A stretch of 58,468 nt of DNA, the filler included, from Sphacelaria rigidula (Eukaryota): assembly GCA_964200075.2 (NCBI GenBank). It is 9 parts of 9 records of this genome, joined end to end, with 100 filler letters (N's around TTAATTAATTAA, not from the genome) between each part and the next. Parts side by side here need not be neighbours in the genome. Positions count along the whole stretch, not along the records: positions 32,541 to 38,947 come from CAXNAA020020258.1; positions 39,048 to 45,454 come from CAXNAA020020259.1; positions 45,555 to 51,961 come from CAXNAA020020260.1; 6 more parts are not named here. One strand, written 5' to 3'. A model generated the notes under the pieces. That model had not been told where the DNA came from, did no database searches, and saw nothing but the letters and a program-made list of their open reading frames with translations. The position numbers were made by a program, and so were the translations under genes. The stretch's first letter is position 1. Every line of letters begins with the position of its first letter. Of the stretch, positions 34,131 to 48,282 are shown in pieces.

Positions 34131-37100
34131 GCACACAAACGCGCGCGCCCTCACACACTCATACATACATTCACACTTCTATTATCCGTAATGCCTCTTT
34201 TCCGTTTAAAGGCTTTCTGTTCCTCCTCCCGTCCCGTCCCCGATCATCCACAACAAATTGATCCAGGTTGTCTTGAGCCAGGGAGGAACGATCGAGTATT
34301 TCCAAACGGCGGTGTTCAACTTCCCCACACTGGCAGAGGCCTACAACGTTGCCGCCGCGGACGGTCTTCGGAAAGTCGCGCCGTTCAAGCTGAAACCATA
34401 GCGCTGCTGTTTGCCTTCATGTACAGTTGTATCACTCTACGTTGTCTTCCAGGGAGTAGTTGAGCCATTTCACGGCCAAGGTGTGTGTCCATCCTTTTAG
34501 TCGGCGTCGCCTGTCTTCCGAAAAAACCCTGTCAGAGTCGGGTGTCCAACATAGTATTCACGTACCGTTTCCCCTCATGTGTGTGCGCGCGCGTGTGATG
34601 TTGGTCGACTGTCGATTATTCTGTTTTTTTGGAAAGTGTTTTTATTTTATTTTGATCGATTAACTGCTTTCCCTCAGAAGTTTGGTAAATAATCAGGGAG
34701 GAAGCCGAGTGATATCGTGAGTCTATTTGCCATAGGCTATACTACTCGTCTTATTATGACCGTCGAGAAAGGCCTTTCGTGTACCGTAGTAAAATACTCC
34801 GAGTAGCTGTTTCGCGTGGCCAAAAGACCTGTGTGTGTGCGTGCGTATTTGTGGCACGAATAGGATGTAGGTATACACACGCACGCACACGCACATATAT
34901 ATACACACAGATGTTGTGTTGTGCAGCTCAACAATCTTGTCACATCTCTTGGTAAAATGTGTGCGTGGTTTTGTTGTCAAGAAAATGCGAAGGATAGTCA
35001 AGGACATGGGAAGCAGAGTGATGCGCGTGTTATGCTTTTATTTCGGGGTGGTGAGATATTTAAAGACGGTAAAGTAACGTTTTATAAGCATTTTGTTTCA
35101 TAATGCTTTCATAGCAGACGCGCATGCGCGTCCTCCAGGTGGATATAGGTGTTTTGCGTTCGTGTTCGGGATTGAACGCCCATTTTTTACCGCAATCTAC
35201 CGAGCCCACCGCTTCGGCGAGCAGCGGAGAAAATTTCAAGTATCACACTTCCACAGTGGTACAAAAATCACCCAGTTGGGGCCCCTCGCGCATTCAGAAA
35301 CTTTCCCTTTATTCCATCATCACCTAACCCCCCCTCCCCCACCAAACCCGTGACGGGTTATGGGGGGCAACAAACCGTCATGATCCAAACTATGTGCGGA
35401 TTCCGTTGTTTGATGCATTTTGTTTTCACCACGTAAAGGTAAATCATTAGGCAAGTCTTGCACGATTTGAGTTTTTTTGCGCCGGTCGCGCACGCGGTTG
35501 GGTGGGTCGAGATTACCGTGGAGTTTTGGAGTCGAATGAAAGAAACGTCAGATAATCCAGAATCCATGATGGAAGCGTTGCAGATGATAACCGCCTGACA
35601 CAAACCTGAACCTCCATGCTTTTTGGACGTACGAGGTATGACTTGTTGTCACGGATGCCATATGTACCGAACCAATATCTTACCTCTACCGATGCAACAT
35701 TTTTGAGAGCGGAGGAGTTACACAGTTTTGTAGGAAAATACGATATTTTTTTTCGCGGGAGATATATTTTGTTGATTTTGCGGTGGACGGAAGCCGCTCA
35801 TCAGCAGCAAACGGTAGCCTTTTTTTCTGTGGCCGTTGTTTGATCCTACTGGGGCCAGCGTAGAACATAGTTCTTTCGTCAAGAGTTTTTTTTCTTGTTT
35901 TCCGCTGCCATTGGTTTGGTTGTATTGCATACACTGCAATATGAATTGGGGCGGGGTTTCCACATTGACGGGAAAAACATCGCTTTTTTTTTGTGGGGGA
36001 GCTGCTGCGATGTGTACGCAGTGATCCGAAGTACGCCTTTTCACTATTTCATGGCTCATGGGATGTATCTTGCTTGTTTCATTTCATTTCGTCTCGCAAG
36101 CTCTCTCTACATGCATCAAAGGCGTTGTCGAATGTTGAGGTTGGTTAATTGATAGCGTACGTATTTGGGGGCAATTTTGAATCATTGTGTTTTTGTTGGC
36201 TTGAAAGAACGTGCTGAATGAAGGGGGAGAGGGCGAGCGAACTCCGGGGTGTGCGACACGCCCCCCCCCTTCCCCTTTCTTGTGCAATGGAGGTTTTAAT
36301 CGAGCGTTGAGTGAGTTTGCCAGCAGGATCGCACTACAGGAGGGCCCCGCCCCCATACTGGTGAAGCGCCGCCGCTAGATGGTAGTGGCTGTTTTGAACT
36401 CGTGACAGCGATCTTGGCCGTACTTGAACTCGGGCACCGTACATCCCGGGGCCGCACGATGGTGGTGCCCCGGCTACATTTGTATGTTTCCGGGCTTTCG
36501 AGTAACGTTGCGGAAAAATGGTTTTTCGGAGTATCGGTCTGCTCACAAATGACAATTTCGAATGCGTGAAAAGTTTTTTCTCTTCATTATTGCTTCTTAT
36601 TTTTCTAGTTCATGAAATAGTAATGTGACAAGCCCATCATTTGGTCACTCGGTGCGAAGTAGTCGTGGTCGCGCGGTTGCACTTTCTCGCAGGGTAGGAG
36701 GAAGGGAAGGTGTTTATTTTCTGCAGCGGCGGCACAACAGAGGAAGTTGCGATTGTTTTCAAGATGTTGTGTATCCGCGCGTATGCATGACGTCGGCGCC
36801 GATTTTCGTGTATCCGGGTGACGCCTGCACCGTGTTCGTGTTGTTTTACCCTTGCCTGTACTTAGCATACCACAATGGTACGCGAACCGTGTCCGAAAAT
36901 TCGGTGTCTTCGGTACCAAGCCTCTGTACTTGTATGTCATGCACCATAATAGGCACGTTCAGCTACACCCCTTCAGCTGTACCCCCTTAGACCCTTCTGA
37001 AGTATCGCTCCCTCCCCCTGCCACTTCTGCTCCAGGCAGGCGGATGTTGATTTGGCGGGATTTGATGTAGCGTCAGAGAGACGGCAAGACGTCACTGGCG

Positions 37101-38947
37101 CTACGGTTCTCTTCGATGTGGGGACACCATCCCCAAGAAATATCACCCGCCTATGGTCGAGTAAGCAGTGCGCAGAGTCTGGTTGGTGCACCTTCTTGTT
37201 GTACTTGATGGTTGATGCAATGTATCAAGCGATCAAGTTGATTCGTGAATCCGGCACAAAAGGCCAACGCCTGGCTTGCGCAGTGTCGCCGGTCACCGTA
37301 ACTCCCGACAGAAATCCGATCGCGCGTGTACTGACGCCTCACTGTTTCTCCACCTGTGTACAAGTAGCCCCTTTTAACAGTGGCTTGTGATGAAGATGTT
37401 TGTGTGCAGCACTACCCATCCATATATATACTGTCGCTTCGTCAACAGCGTTGTTTAAATACTGCGGTGTGTTGTAAGAAGTAGCTATGGTGTACACGCG
37501 CGCATGATTTTTGAAGACTGCAATGACCCCGATATGCATGTACAGTGAGGTACATGAAGATACCGCGAGCATCGTTCTTGTCCGCTCCGTGAGAGGGAGC
37601 GAGTGCGCGCGTCAGGGGTACAACTTAAGAGGTCGATGCACACGCTTTATTTTCCACACTAACAAGCTTGCCTACGACCAGGTGGCAAAAGTAGGGCAGA
37701 CAAAACGTGGTGAACATAAGTTGACGAGCTGAGACGGTACCACACCGGCGGAACCAACTGAACAGTGAAAGGAACAAAACAAATGTGATACACAAGTATA
37801 TGCAACAAAAAACAACCTGAATTCCCCTGAGCGACGATTAAGAGCCGCTTCGCCAGATTAAGTTTCTAGCATTTGGATGAGTGTGGGGTTTCGATAAGAT
37901 TAGCGCCGGAAGTGTCCATGGTGAAGTCGGCATCATTTTCACTTCGAAGGTTACCTCATGGCCTAGATTACCAACACTGGCGGTCGAAGGGTTGATGTTC
38001 CGAGGAACTAGTCGTTGGATAGAGTCCGAAACCAAACAAACACCAGCAGATCATTCTTTGAAATCGTCGCGGGTTGGCATGGTACGTTAGTACTTGACGT
38101 ATTGATCGGAAAAAACACGATTTTGGTCTCCAGTCTATCAATCCGCGCGAGGTGAATTCGGAACGTGCTGAACTGATGCGAACTTACGACATCATGTTGC
38201 GATGGGTGATATGTTTTCACATCCGCTTTTTTCATGTTTATTAAACGAAGGCATCATTGAGTGTCATACTGAGTTATCAAATATAGGCGTGTGCCGATGC
38301 CCCATCTTGGACGACGAAGTCCGTGGTCACGTGCTTGAACGCTGCGAATGGCCCTTGGAACTTCGTCGCCTCTGCTGTCTGAGACACGACAAATTGAACA
38401 CATGATGAACACTCTCCAAACCATCGCGACCCCGTCTTTTGCCCCAACGGCTAGTCACCCCCACACTCTTCGCTGTCCGGAGCACCATCGCTATCCGAAG
38501 TGGTATTCCCTGAATCGATGCCCGCACATTTATAAGAAATTCATGACCGGCGGATATGGAGAAGTGCCTTGCCCAACAACACAAGATTCCCCCCTTTTTG
38601 TGTACTTCACCTTTCAACAGAGAATTCTGGAAAATGAGGTTGAAAAAAAGAATAAGGTTCAACTCAAAGCCGTGCTTTCCCTGATCTAAGTTCTTGACAA
38701 ACGACTTTCGTATCGACGACCTCATCCCTCCCGACCTCCCTAAAGCTATTTCGGGGGATTTCTAACCTTTTGTTCCCCCAAAGGATATATGCGAAAGCAC
38801 GATTTTTGGGCGAAAAAGCGTCCTTTTTTCACCCCCCAAATCGAGGCAAAAAACAGGGTTGCCAGAAAAATGAGAACGTGTTTTGAAATGAGAATCAACC
38901 GCTCCCCGGGATTGTGCCCATTTTTCGGATTTAGTTTTGCTCGGAAG

Positions 38948-39047
38948 NNNNNNNNNNNNNNNNNNNNNNNNNNNNNNNNNNNNNNNNNNNNTTAATTAAT
39001 TAANNNNNNNNNNNNNNNNNNNNNNNNNNNNNNNNNNNNNNNNNNNN
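38948..39047. other. Artificial contig spacer
   Basis: N-TTAATTAATTAA-N, 100 nt. Confidence 0.99.
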
Positions 39048-41446
39048 CAATCATCAAGCGCGAAGCGCCGTGTGATGAGTTCGGCGAGTCGCATGAAGGG
39101 TGAGCTGCATCCTGCTAAGATTGATCGGTCCGAAGCCTACTGATTATCTTGCACTTGGATGACAACCTACAATGAGTGTTTTTATTTTTTCCTGTTGCTA
39201 CTTCCAGAGACAGCAATGGCTTATACACTGCCTCCTGGGTGTCGCACCATAGGGGGGCGGGGGGGAGGGAGATATACAGTTCTTATTCGGTTTTGCTCGA
39301 TGGCGGCCATGGTCAAGTTTCTTTCCCGATCCTAAGCGGAGAGTGCGAAATTGATGGGCGAGCGATATTGCTCAGTCGTCGGTACTGGGCATGCGTGTCG
39401 AGGCTACCACACCTCTTAGCTATTTCTGTCGTTCTTTGGACAAGCGAGAAGGGGCAAGCGGGGGGAGGCGGGCGCATGAAGGGTTCTGTCCGCCTTGCTT
39501 TCCCATGCTTCATGAAACTGAAACGAGAATGGGCTGTTTCATCCGAATCTGGACAACGGGCGCAAGAGACGGAGAAGGGCGACCGTTTTCACTCGTTTTA
39601 TGTCCAGTGTCCCCCTTTGACGCGGGGGTTGAAGCTGCCACATTTTTGTCTGTATCGTCTTGGTCTGTCGGTGAAGAGGGGCGAAGTCGGGAGCAGACTT
39701 TCCCTTGTTTGTTTCTGGCCCTGATCCTCCATTACGGTTCTCTAAATGCTTGTGCCCGATGTTTTCTCGGGCGGTGCAAGAGGGAAGGAAGTGGGGATTT
39801 CTGCTCTAGTCAGCGTTAAATAGGCTTGTACGCTGAAATACTGTCCGTCGCTTTTTCGCGGACTTATTTTTTTCTAAGATGAAAACGATGGAGAGCACGG
39901 GCTCGTGTCAGACTTCGAAGTGCGTAAGAGGGAGAGGTAACAATAGGGACCAAGGTCTAACTTCGTGCCGTGACCCCATATTAGTGAGCCCAACGGCAAG
40001 GAGCTGTTGGCAATAGGGGGATGTTCAGTGATCTGGACTCTCATACTACTCGTCCCCCCCTCCTTCTGGGGTGTGGCTGGCGTTTATCCTAGCGGGTGTG
40101 CTTGGCTTTAGCGGAACGCTCCGAGTTTGAATTGGAACACGAACCGAGCCGTCGCGTGATGAGCGTGGTTAAAGGTTTGTCCTCCAAGGCTTGTCACCCT
40201 TGTGATGACGCATCAAAAATCGAACAAAAACGGTATCGCGGGTGGGAGATGTCGAGGCACCGGCGACGTGTGGCGGCATTGCGTACGCATTTATTAGCGG
40301 TTTGTCGAGGGCTTGGCCACAAAAAATAGGGAGAGCCAGACGTCAGTGCAATCTGATAGATGGTATGCGCGTGCTTGCACTTTTACTCAACTAGAAGTTG
40401 TGCATTCTGAATGGTGTTATCCTCCCTTTTTTGTGAAGACTATTTAATTTCATTGCTGGAAAGAACGGATGCCTTGTCGGAAGTGGTCTTCCAAAGTAGC
40501 CCATGAATGTCGGAGACTTTTGGCTCTTCAGGTAGAGCTATTCTGCATCGTAACCGCATGCACTTCGCTGCTCTCGATGAGGAACTGCCAAGTGTTGCGC
40601 ATGGCGTGATCAAATCCGAAACCGATCGTGAACAAAATCATGTCATGACAATGTTGATGTATTGCAGTTTTGTCATGATCGTCTCTTAAACAAGCGAACA
40701 GCGCCTCCAAGTATCCCCGAAAAGGCAGCGCGCACTTCGCAGCAAAATATGATTTTTCACCGACCTCGGAGATTCCACTCGCTTGCCAGTACGCGGGTTT
40801 TTGCCCCAGCCGCCGTCTACTCATCTTCCAAACTCAGCTGCGATAGGCAATCAAGGACATTCCACTAACCCTAACCCTATCCCTAACTCCGCCACAGACC
40901 CCGCTCCGACCCCTGATTCCAACCCCCTGCTGCTAAATAGCCATATATTTCTGCCCAAGAAGCCTATTGATGAAGTGCGCACGGGTGAACGACGGGAGAG
41001 TCAAAGCCCGATGGCAACAAGTCTCAAAGTTGTATCCAATACACCTCATGAACCTCCCGTGTCTCTAATGTAAAGTAGATGAACAGCGTCAAGGAGAAAA
41101 TCTTCGATGATTCCAAGCACGCTTCTCGTTGAGTAGTCACACGAGTTCATAAGGATCGAGAATGCCGCGTACTTCCGCTGTGCCAGAAAAAGTAGAGTCC
41201 GTTATGGGGTGCAGCTCGTACCTCCCCACCGGAGGTGCTCACGATGCTACAGTTGGGTTCGCTGAAAAAACATAATTATGGTGATGCCTATTGAAGAAGA
41301 AACCCGGAGACATACTAAGAATTCAAAAGACGATTTTTTTCGCGTTTGGGAACATTTGGAGAATGTTCTGATATATATTTTTATACTCGTTCGCATTTTT
41401 CGTTTCAATTTCGACGTTTTCTCGTCCACTCCCTACTACAATTACC

Positions 41447-41715
41447 ATGAAGTCCCCCGTGCACACCCCGCCACGTCGTAAAACGGGGCGCCGAAGTTTC
41501 ATTGCGCCGCCGGTACGCCATGGCGGTGGAGATGGTGCTAGCCATTCCGCCAGGCATCTCAAGGGTGCCGAAGGGCATTCTAGGTCCGCTCATCGATTCC
41601 TACGATGTTGGTCCCGAGTACCCGACAAAACTATGCAACAACTGCAAAGCTCAGGTAAACGACAAGGGAGCTCGACCTCTTAAATAAACGTCGGAGTGGG
41701 CGACCTCTTACTCCT
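41447..41715 (+). pseudogene. Possible decayed Tc1/mariner transposase N-terminus
   Basis: Frameshifted MKSPVHTPPRRKTGRRSF.../RYAMAVEMVLAIPPG...KGILGPLIDSYDV.../ELDLLNKRRSGRP, i.e. an HTH-like region followed by an RSGRP linker. Confidence 0.45.
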
Positions 41716-42306
41716 TCAAGAGGCCGCGGCGCTCCGGACGGTCAACAACCAGAATCATCGGTCTTTTTTTTACGCCCCCCTCTCCCCCGGAATAGGGACG
41801 AAATGCCGCCATTTTCGGAACAATCAATTGTTTTCGGCCGTTCGCCTATGCAGGGTAACGCGCGAACAAAAAACAAATACAGCTAAAAATACACCAAAGA
41901 CTTGAATGAAAATTCTCAACTAAGGTATTAGACGCGGTCAAGGGCCCGTGCAAACATAACCGACTTTCGGTATGGCACAGAGGAAGTATAGCCCCCGGGA
42001 GCGCACAGACAAAACATATGCGTGAGATGAATACTAACGGTCTTCAAACATGAAGGGGTCGGAATACCACGAAGCCACATTTTTGCCCTTCATATCAACA
42101 ATTTTGACTTAAAAGACCTACTGCATTTTCGAAAGCGCTACCGTTGAAAGACCAAATATTTCTCAAATAGCGTTCCTTCTACAATAACCCATTCAACTCG
42201 AGCACACACACACAACACATTGCAGCCGTCGCTGCTGCTCACGCCCTCCGGGACGATTGTCGACACCGATAAACACATCCAGAGAACACTTCTCTTCCCT
42301 CGTGTT

Positions 42307-42415
42307 TTACTTTTTGGGGGCGGAGAGCATCTGCTCGAGCGTGGTCTTCAACTGCTCGTTTGTACGCTTCAGCTGGTCCACCTCTGCGTTGTGCTTCTTT
42401 TCATCTGCTGCCCGC
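42307..42415 (-). CDS. DNALI1: Axonemal dynein light chain p28, last exon
   Basis: RAADEKKHNAEVDQLKRTNEQLKTTLEQMLSAPKK-stop. aag acceptor, in phase with the previous exon. Confidence 0.9.
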
Positions 42416-42588
42416 CTTGAGGAAGCGACGCACAGCACAAGTAGAAAGAGAAAATGGTCGATCTAAGCTTCCAAGCACACATCGAGGCCAGCACTGAATA
42501 TCTACCATTGTCATCGGGATCCGAAAGTAAATATGGGTGTATCCGAACAGGAGCGGCAACATGCCCATCCCTTCTGTGCTGTCCGCAC

Positions 42589-42683
42589 CTTTCTGCTTCT
42601 CGGGGCTTGATCTGTTCGCATTTTGAGGTGAGCTCCATTACTTGGCGCTCGAGGTCACCCTTGTCTTCCTGCAACTGCCGGAT
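42589..42683 (-). CDS. DNALI1: Axonemal dynein light chain p28, internal exon
   Basis: IRQLQEDKGDLERQVMELTSKCEQIKPREAE+AG, with gacag acceptor and gtgcgg donor. Confidence 0.9.
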
Positions 42684-43533
42684 CTGTCACCGTTTGGCCG
42701 AGAACGTAGTACGATCAACAAAGCAGGGACGACGCACAAAAATCACACGGTGCTTCGAAGCACATAACTTGATCGATTGCGCGGTGAAAGACGAGGCAAC
42801 ACAGTCGCAGAAGAAATCAGCGCAGCAGAACATTGATATGTTCACACGCGAAAGTAGGAACTCCACCGTGAGTATAGGAGACGCGTATTGACCCCCTCCC
42901 CCAAACAGGACACTGAGGATAGAGTGACGCGCCGTAAACGATGATTTGTTGAGTTGTAGCGAAAAACGTGTTCTAGAACTGTTTTTTTCAATAGTATGTA
43001 CTCATGCATGAATCTCGCCATCTCCACTCTTGCTTCCATGAGCCATCGTGTTTTTTCGAGCGTAGTCATCGGCTTGCTCTTTGCGCATACCAACGCCCGC
43101 CGGGGGCGGTCTGTCCGTCTATTCGTGCCCTCCGACAATGCCGCTCCCGTCGATATGTTCTTTTGAAGCATAGGTTTCACTGTTATCGTGTGGCTATTCT
43201 TCCACTCACTTCACACGTGCAAAAGCTGGTTTTCGACAAGCATGACCGATTCCCTCAACTTGTTATCACCCGAAGAGCGAGTGTCTCCGTGTTCACACGG
43301 AGAGCGATCGTGCGCGGTGAGCATCGGCGATTTCGGTTTTGCCTTAAAATTAGTCCGATGGGCTGGTCCACTATGCGTGTGTGTTTGCTCGAACCCTCAA
43401 GCAAAAGTGCAACAAAAGTCTGCTGTAGTAAATCGATTGTAACACCCGTGTACAAGAAACTCACTCATCACCAGGCCACTACGATACGACGGAAATCGCG
43501 AAACGACACCCGTCCACCAAAGATGGTACACAC

Positions 43534-43712
43534 CTTAGCCTCCATCTCTGCCTTACGCTGTTCCGCGATAAGCGCCTTGCGCATGCCGAAAGCGATACTT
43601 GACTCGTACATGGTCTGGTATGCTGCGATTGTCATGTGAATTTCGTCCCTCACTCGTAGCAGCAGCAGCCCCCTCTCCGCGCAGTTGATAGTTACTTGTC
43701 GAATGAGCTCAT
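43534..43712 (-). CDS. DNALI1: Axonemal dynein light chain p28, internal exon
   Basis: DELIRQVTINCAERGLLLLRVRDEIHMTIAAYQTMYESSIAFGMRKAL is the highly conserved core of p28/IDA4/DNALI1. Confidence 0.95.
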
Positions 43713-44314
43713 CTACAGTGTCGGTCCGTGGGAAAACAAGAGAAAAACGACGATTCTTATTCATTCGGTGAGTCATGCTACGATAGAGGGGGGGTGTTTT
43801 TACCGTTTTGTTCCTCGAAAATCTACTTGCAATCGTCGTTGATAGCAGCAACGGTAGTTCGAACGCGCTTGCTTCCGATTTATAACGTCCATTCGTACTG
43901 TTTGACATCGCTTTTACCCAAGTGCAAGCGCAACGCGAGTTTGTTGGATCGTCTGACGCACTCGTGAACCCATTTTTTCGTGGAGTCGAACACCCCTCCC
44001 CCCTATCGTAGCATGACTTCGGTACGTCTCATACATTCATATAGAGCTCTACACATTTCCCGACCGCTGTAGATTCCCGAACGCCGATGTCACCATACGG
44101 GGGTGACCTTGTACTGGGCATTCGAATCCCGCGATTCACAAGAGGGAGATTTTTTCATCATCAGTAGGACACGACGCGGAACTCAAGATTATATTCTGCA
44201 GCGCTGGTGCTCGATATCACCTGAGATACAATTTCAACTTCTACTCCAGTAATTCACGCCCCCTGCCTCAACACGCCCAACACCTGTTGTAGCCTGGTTC
44301 TGAGTTGTACTTAC

Positions 44315-44484
44315 CGAAACATTGTGAATACAGTTCCTCCCTCACGGGACAGATTCCTGTCTCGCGCGCCTGTCGTTGCTGTAGTTTTTGATCCAACTGC
44401 TCCTGCAAGTTGGTCACGTCCAGGCGGGTTGCTGGTGTGCTTGATACATACTGAACCCACAGCTGCCCGTCGTCTGTCCATTCC
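44315..44484 (-). CDS. DNALI1: Axonemal dynein light chain p28, internal exon (5' exons not identified)
   Basis: REWTDDGQLWVQYVSSTPATRLDVTNLQEQLDQKLQQRQARETGICPVREELYSQCF. Canonical splice sites. Confidence 0.95.
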
Positions 44485-45159
44485 CTACGTATCGAGTGGC
44501 AGATGAGACCAAGTACTGGTGGGAGTTGTGATGGCAAATAATATCAAGCTTGTCACGGTCAAGGAGCAAAGTTGATTATCTCCTCTCGCATGTCGAGCTC
44601 TGTAATTTGTTCAAGGGGGAGGTAGAGATACACGCTCCCGCTGCTTGTATTGGCCTTCATCTTGATTCCAGAGTGAGAGACGAGCATGCTAGTTACTACA
44701 CACCTGCAGACCTGCACACCTCAAGTATCATACCACATGCTGATCCGGTCGTCTACAAGCTCTGTACCAATACACTAGAGTAAACGGCGGGCAAACGGCA
44801 TACCTCAATTAAGTACTGCGCGGTGCCCTTTCGGGCCCCTTCCCCACCCCTGCTGTAATTACCGTGAGTACTTTTGGCACTGCATTCCACCCAGCAGTAG
44901 GGGTTCAACAGTGCAATTGGTACAGGCGCGGTCACCGTTAAGCCCCCAGCAACAAAGGACCAACAGTCGTGTGAAGGGCTAGAGAGTAGACGTCTGCTAT
45001 TATTCGCCAAGGCTTAACCAATCACACTGTTGACGAATGACATACCGGCCAATCAACAGTAGCGTGAAGGTTAATATGCGCCAAAGTATGAAAAAGTAAG
45101 CAAGACAAACATGCCACCCAGCTATGCCACTGTATAATATCCGTCCGCAATCCCCTAAC

Positions 45160-45360
45160 CGGTTGCCCCGATGGCTCAGTTGGTAGCCTAGAAACCTTCT
45201 GACGGTTGGGTCGTGGGTTCGAACCTCAGAGCGATATGGGATTTTCTCTCGCACAAGGCCTGCCCAAAAGTGGAGAGCAACCGTGTCGTGGGTACACAAA
45301 ATTCAACTTGACGGTCGACGAGGGAAAGGGACTGCTGAACCCCTCTCGCGATAAAAATAA
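45160..45360 (+). mobile_element. tRNA-derived SINE (family B)
   Basis: tggctcagttgg A box, gggttcgaacc B box, A-rich tail. Confidence 0.7.
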
Positions 45361-45454
45361 AAAGGCAATAAGCACCGCAGAAGGAAGGTGAGGAATTAAA
45401 AACAAAGAAAAAATAAAACGCTCCTGTGTTGACCTTCCTCCTGTGTGACCCCGG

Positions 45455-45554
45455 NNNNNNNNNNNNNNNNNNNNNNNNNNNNNNNNNNNNNNNNNNNNTT
45501 AATTAATTAANNNNNNNNNNNNNNNNNNNNNNNNNNNNNNNNNNNNNNNNNNNN
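45455..45554. other. Artificial contig spacer
   Basis: N-TTAATTAATTAA-N, 100 nt. Confidence 0.99.
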
Positions 45555-45579
45555 GGTCGTGGCGCGTGGCGGGGGGGGT

Positions 45580-45630
<51 letters not shown>

Positions 45631-46049
45631 CTATCACTCATCCCTCTCAACTACAATGTATTGGATGATGACACTATGCCTTCGCGTTCATCCACTCAGT
45701 TGACTAGCAAGAAGGGTCGAACGGGAGAAGAAAGGAACCTGACCATTTTTGGTATGAATCGTCTGCACGGAACGTGATGAACTTGACATGGCCGGCGGCA
45801 AGCACCACTCAGAAGTCAAGTTACAGTGCTGCACAGATCATCAAAGAGTTTTTTTTCTTGTATGATACGGGGTTTCAACGTTTTCGGCAAATGGGGAGTG
45901 AGGACTGTAGATGCTTTGCCAATTTGGCATGTCCACAGCCGCGACCCGTGGGACTGACCGAACAGCATCAAACTACGTTCAGCGCTTTGCAACGCTACTC
46001 ACCACTAGGGCCGAAGCTGATTAGAGTAGGGCAGTGCGTGCACTGCGCG

Positions 46050-46251
46050 AAGTTTGACGGGGGATTTCAGTGGCTCCGACCCCCGCACTGCCTTGAGCGA
46101 ACCTTTCCAAACGCTCGAGGCGGCTAGCCCACATCACTGCAGCGAGGCGATCTAGCCGAACCTCCGGGGAATCGGCACACGAATCCGCTGGCAGGGTACA
46201 GTGTTGGGTGAGGTTGCCTCCTTCCTTCAAGGGAAAAAAATAAAAATAAAA
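46050..46251 (+). mobile_element. Interspersed retroposon-like repeat with A-rich tail (family D)
   Basis: Homologous to 55525-55710 (gcgaggcg.tctagc.ga.cctccgg...gtgttgggtgaggtt.cctcct). Confidence 0.65.
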
Positions 46252-46883
46252 ACGATACTCGCCACGCTGCAGCTAACTGTGCCCTTGTCTGGGGACAGGC
46301 GATAGTGTCCACACCCCAGAAAAGCAGCAGTAGTAGTGTACCTTCACGGAAAGAAAGAGGACGCTCTTTTTTTTGGGTTACGACAGTGCTATTCTGTTGC
46401 CGCGGGTACGCTATCCTCCTAGAAAAGCTTCACGTTAGCTCTCTATTACGTCGCGCGCTGCAGTCAACGGAACACGTCGTCAGTCCGAGCGATTGGGAAA
46501 ACGATGACTCTCTCGGGCGCGGGCGCACAGTGACGGCGGGGAGTTGCATTTTGTTCCCTGTCGCTGTTTGCGGTGGCTGCCCGGGGTACTTCGTTCATTT
46601 CAGAGTGACCCAAGCATTTTCGCCCTTTGAAAAGAAGAAAGGGTTGTTTCCCAACTATCCGTGAGTATAGCTTCACAGCCTACACATTCTCGAGGCTTAC
46701 TTGCTACTGTTCCCGACATGACCGCTCCTAATGAATCCCTGCCGTATCAAAACCCGAGTTTTATATATATAATATATACATGTGTATGGACGACGCACCT
46801 CGGTTTTTGTATATGTTTTTGTCAAGGCCAAGACCAAGTATGCGGCTATTTTTCGGGGAGGGGAACAAAACGCCTACCTACAG

Positions 46884-47009
46884 GTGGTACAGCTTGATGA
46901 ATGGGACTTCGATTCGGCGTCCGTTTCGACTGATCTACTTGACACCCTGAGAGCCGCGAGCACAGAAACGCACGCAATCTACGACGTCGACTCGCGGGCA
47001 TCGCCTGAT
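46884..47009 (+). CDS. Putative exon of unknown gene
   Basis: ctacag acceptor and gtaagt donor. 126 nt, open: VVQLDEWDFDSASVSTDLLDTLRAASTETHAIYDVDSRASPD. Confidence 0.5.
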
Positions 47010-47280
47010 GTAAGTACGCGGCACGCATTTCATGTGCAACACCAACTTGAACAAAAAGATCTACCGAGCTACATTTTGTGATAATTAATTCATCCTCGAA
47101 TCGGTGATTTGTTCGTACCACTGTTGTTTTGCGCTTGGCACTCGTTTTTGTTGTTGTTATTGCGGAGCACCGTACTGCTGCCGAAGAAAAGAGAAAGGGT
47201 CGATTCGAAAAAAAACTGAAGAAGGAAAGATAATGGAAGAAACGCGCCAGACCGGGCCTAACCTATAGTGTGTGCTACAA

Positions 47281-47704
47281 TTAAGAGATATTCATCGAAA
47301 ATAAGGTTAAATATTAAAAGTGTACCAAAACAGTGCTTCCCCTGACCTATAGTCACGGCAAATAACGTACATATGGAAGGAAGCGTACTCCCCGACCTTC
47401 CTGGTAGTTTTTCCGTGGGTTTCCCGTCTTCCGTTCTCCCGAACGGTGTGTGCGAAAGCACCGTTTCGGGGCCAAAATCTTTCCTTTTTTCATACCGAAA
47501 TTGAGGCAAAACGTTGCTTTTGCACATTTTCCTTCGGCGGAACGGCAGGCGGGAAACTCACCAAAATTGTTTCAGATAGGTCGAGGGGGATGAGGCCGTC
47601 CATAGGAAAAGCTCTTTGTCATGAACCTAGGTCAGGGCAAGCAAGCACTGCTTTGGAGTTGATGCTCTTTTTGTTCAACCTCATTTTCGAAGATAATCAC
47701 ATAA
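47281..47704. mobile_element. Degenerate fold-back MITE
   Basis: Left end ttaagagatattcatcgaaaataaggtt versus right end aacctcattttcgaagataatcacataa. Related sequence at ~38625-38760. Confidence 0.6.
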
Positions 47705-47711
47705 GAGTGAG

Positions 47712-47996
47712 CCGCCGCGCCCCGGTGGTGTAATGGCCCGACTCTCGTCATTGGGGTGGAGAGAAGGAGGCGTCGATTCCCGATGCGTTGGGTTTTTCCT
47801 TCGTATAATCTGATTTCCACCGTGGAAAGCGTGAGAACGTACGTAGACAAAATAGTCGTCTGAGTTTGTTTGATGACGTGAGTTGACGCGGTGCGGGAGA
47901 CCAAAACGCAAGGCGTGTACCGGGGGAATAAATGGGTTGATCACTTGAGACCACGGACTTGTCCCGAGGAAGGGGAGGGGATAAAAGTGCGACAAC
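47712..47996 (+). mobile_element. Full-length tRNA-derived SINE (family A)
   Basis: A-box-like ggtggtgtaatgg, B-box-like gtcgattcc, followed by the body shared with four other copies. Confidence 0.7.
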
Positions 47997-48251
47997 ATCT
48001 ATATATCTATATATATTAAAAAAGGGACCATCGTTTTTACGCCGATTAGTGACAATACGGGGTGATGGTGATGCAGATTAGTTTTTACGATGAACGCACA
48101 AAGAACCACAAAGTTGATGGCGCCCTATAAACGGAATCAATAATGTCATTCACCCGGTTGCAAGTACTTTTCGTGTGGTGTCTATTCTTTCTACAGGACT
48201 GTAAGCGTTTCACGGGGTTGCTCGAAAAATGGTATGTCACCCCTAGTTTTC

Positions 48252-48282
<31 letters not shown>

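Noticed and set aside
45160..45250. tRNA gene (also 20508-20600, 47712-47790, 51899-51961)
   Set aside because: A/B boxes are present but I could not fold a proper cloverleaf. Copies are diverged and continue into SINE bodies.
45571..45630. Poly-G tract / Gly-rich ORF
   Set aside because: A homopolymer at a contig edge, likely low-quality sequence (similarly 6511-6594).
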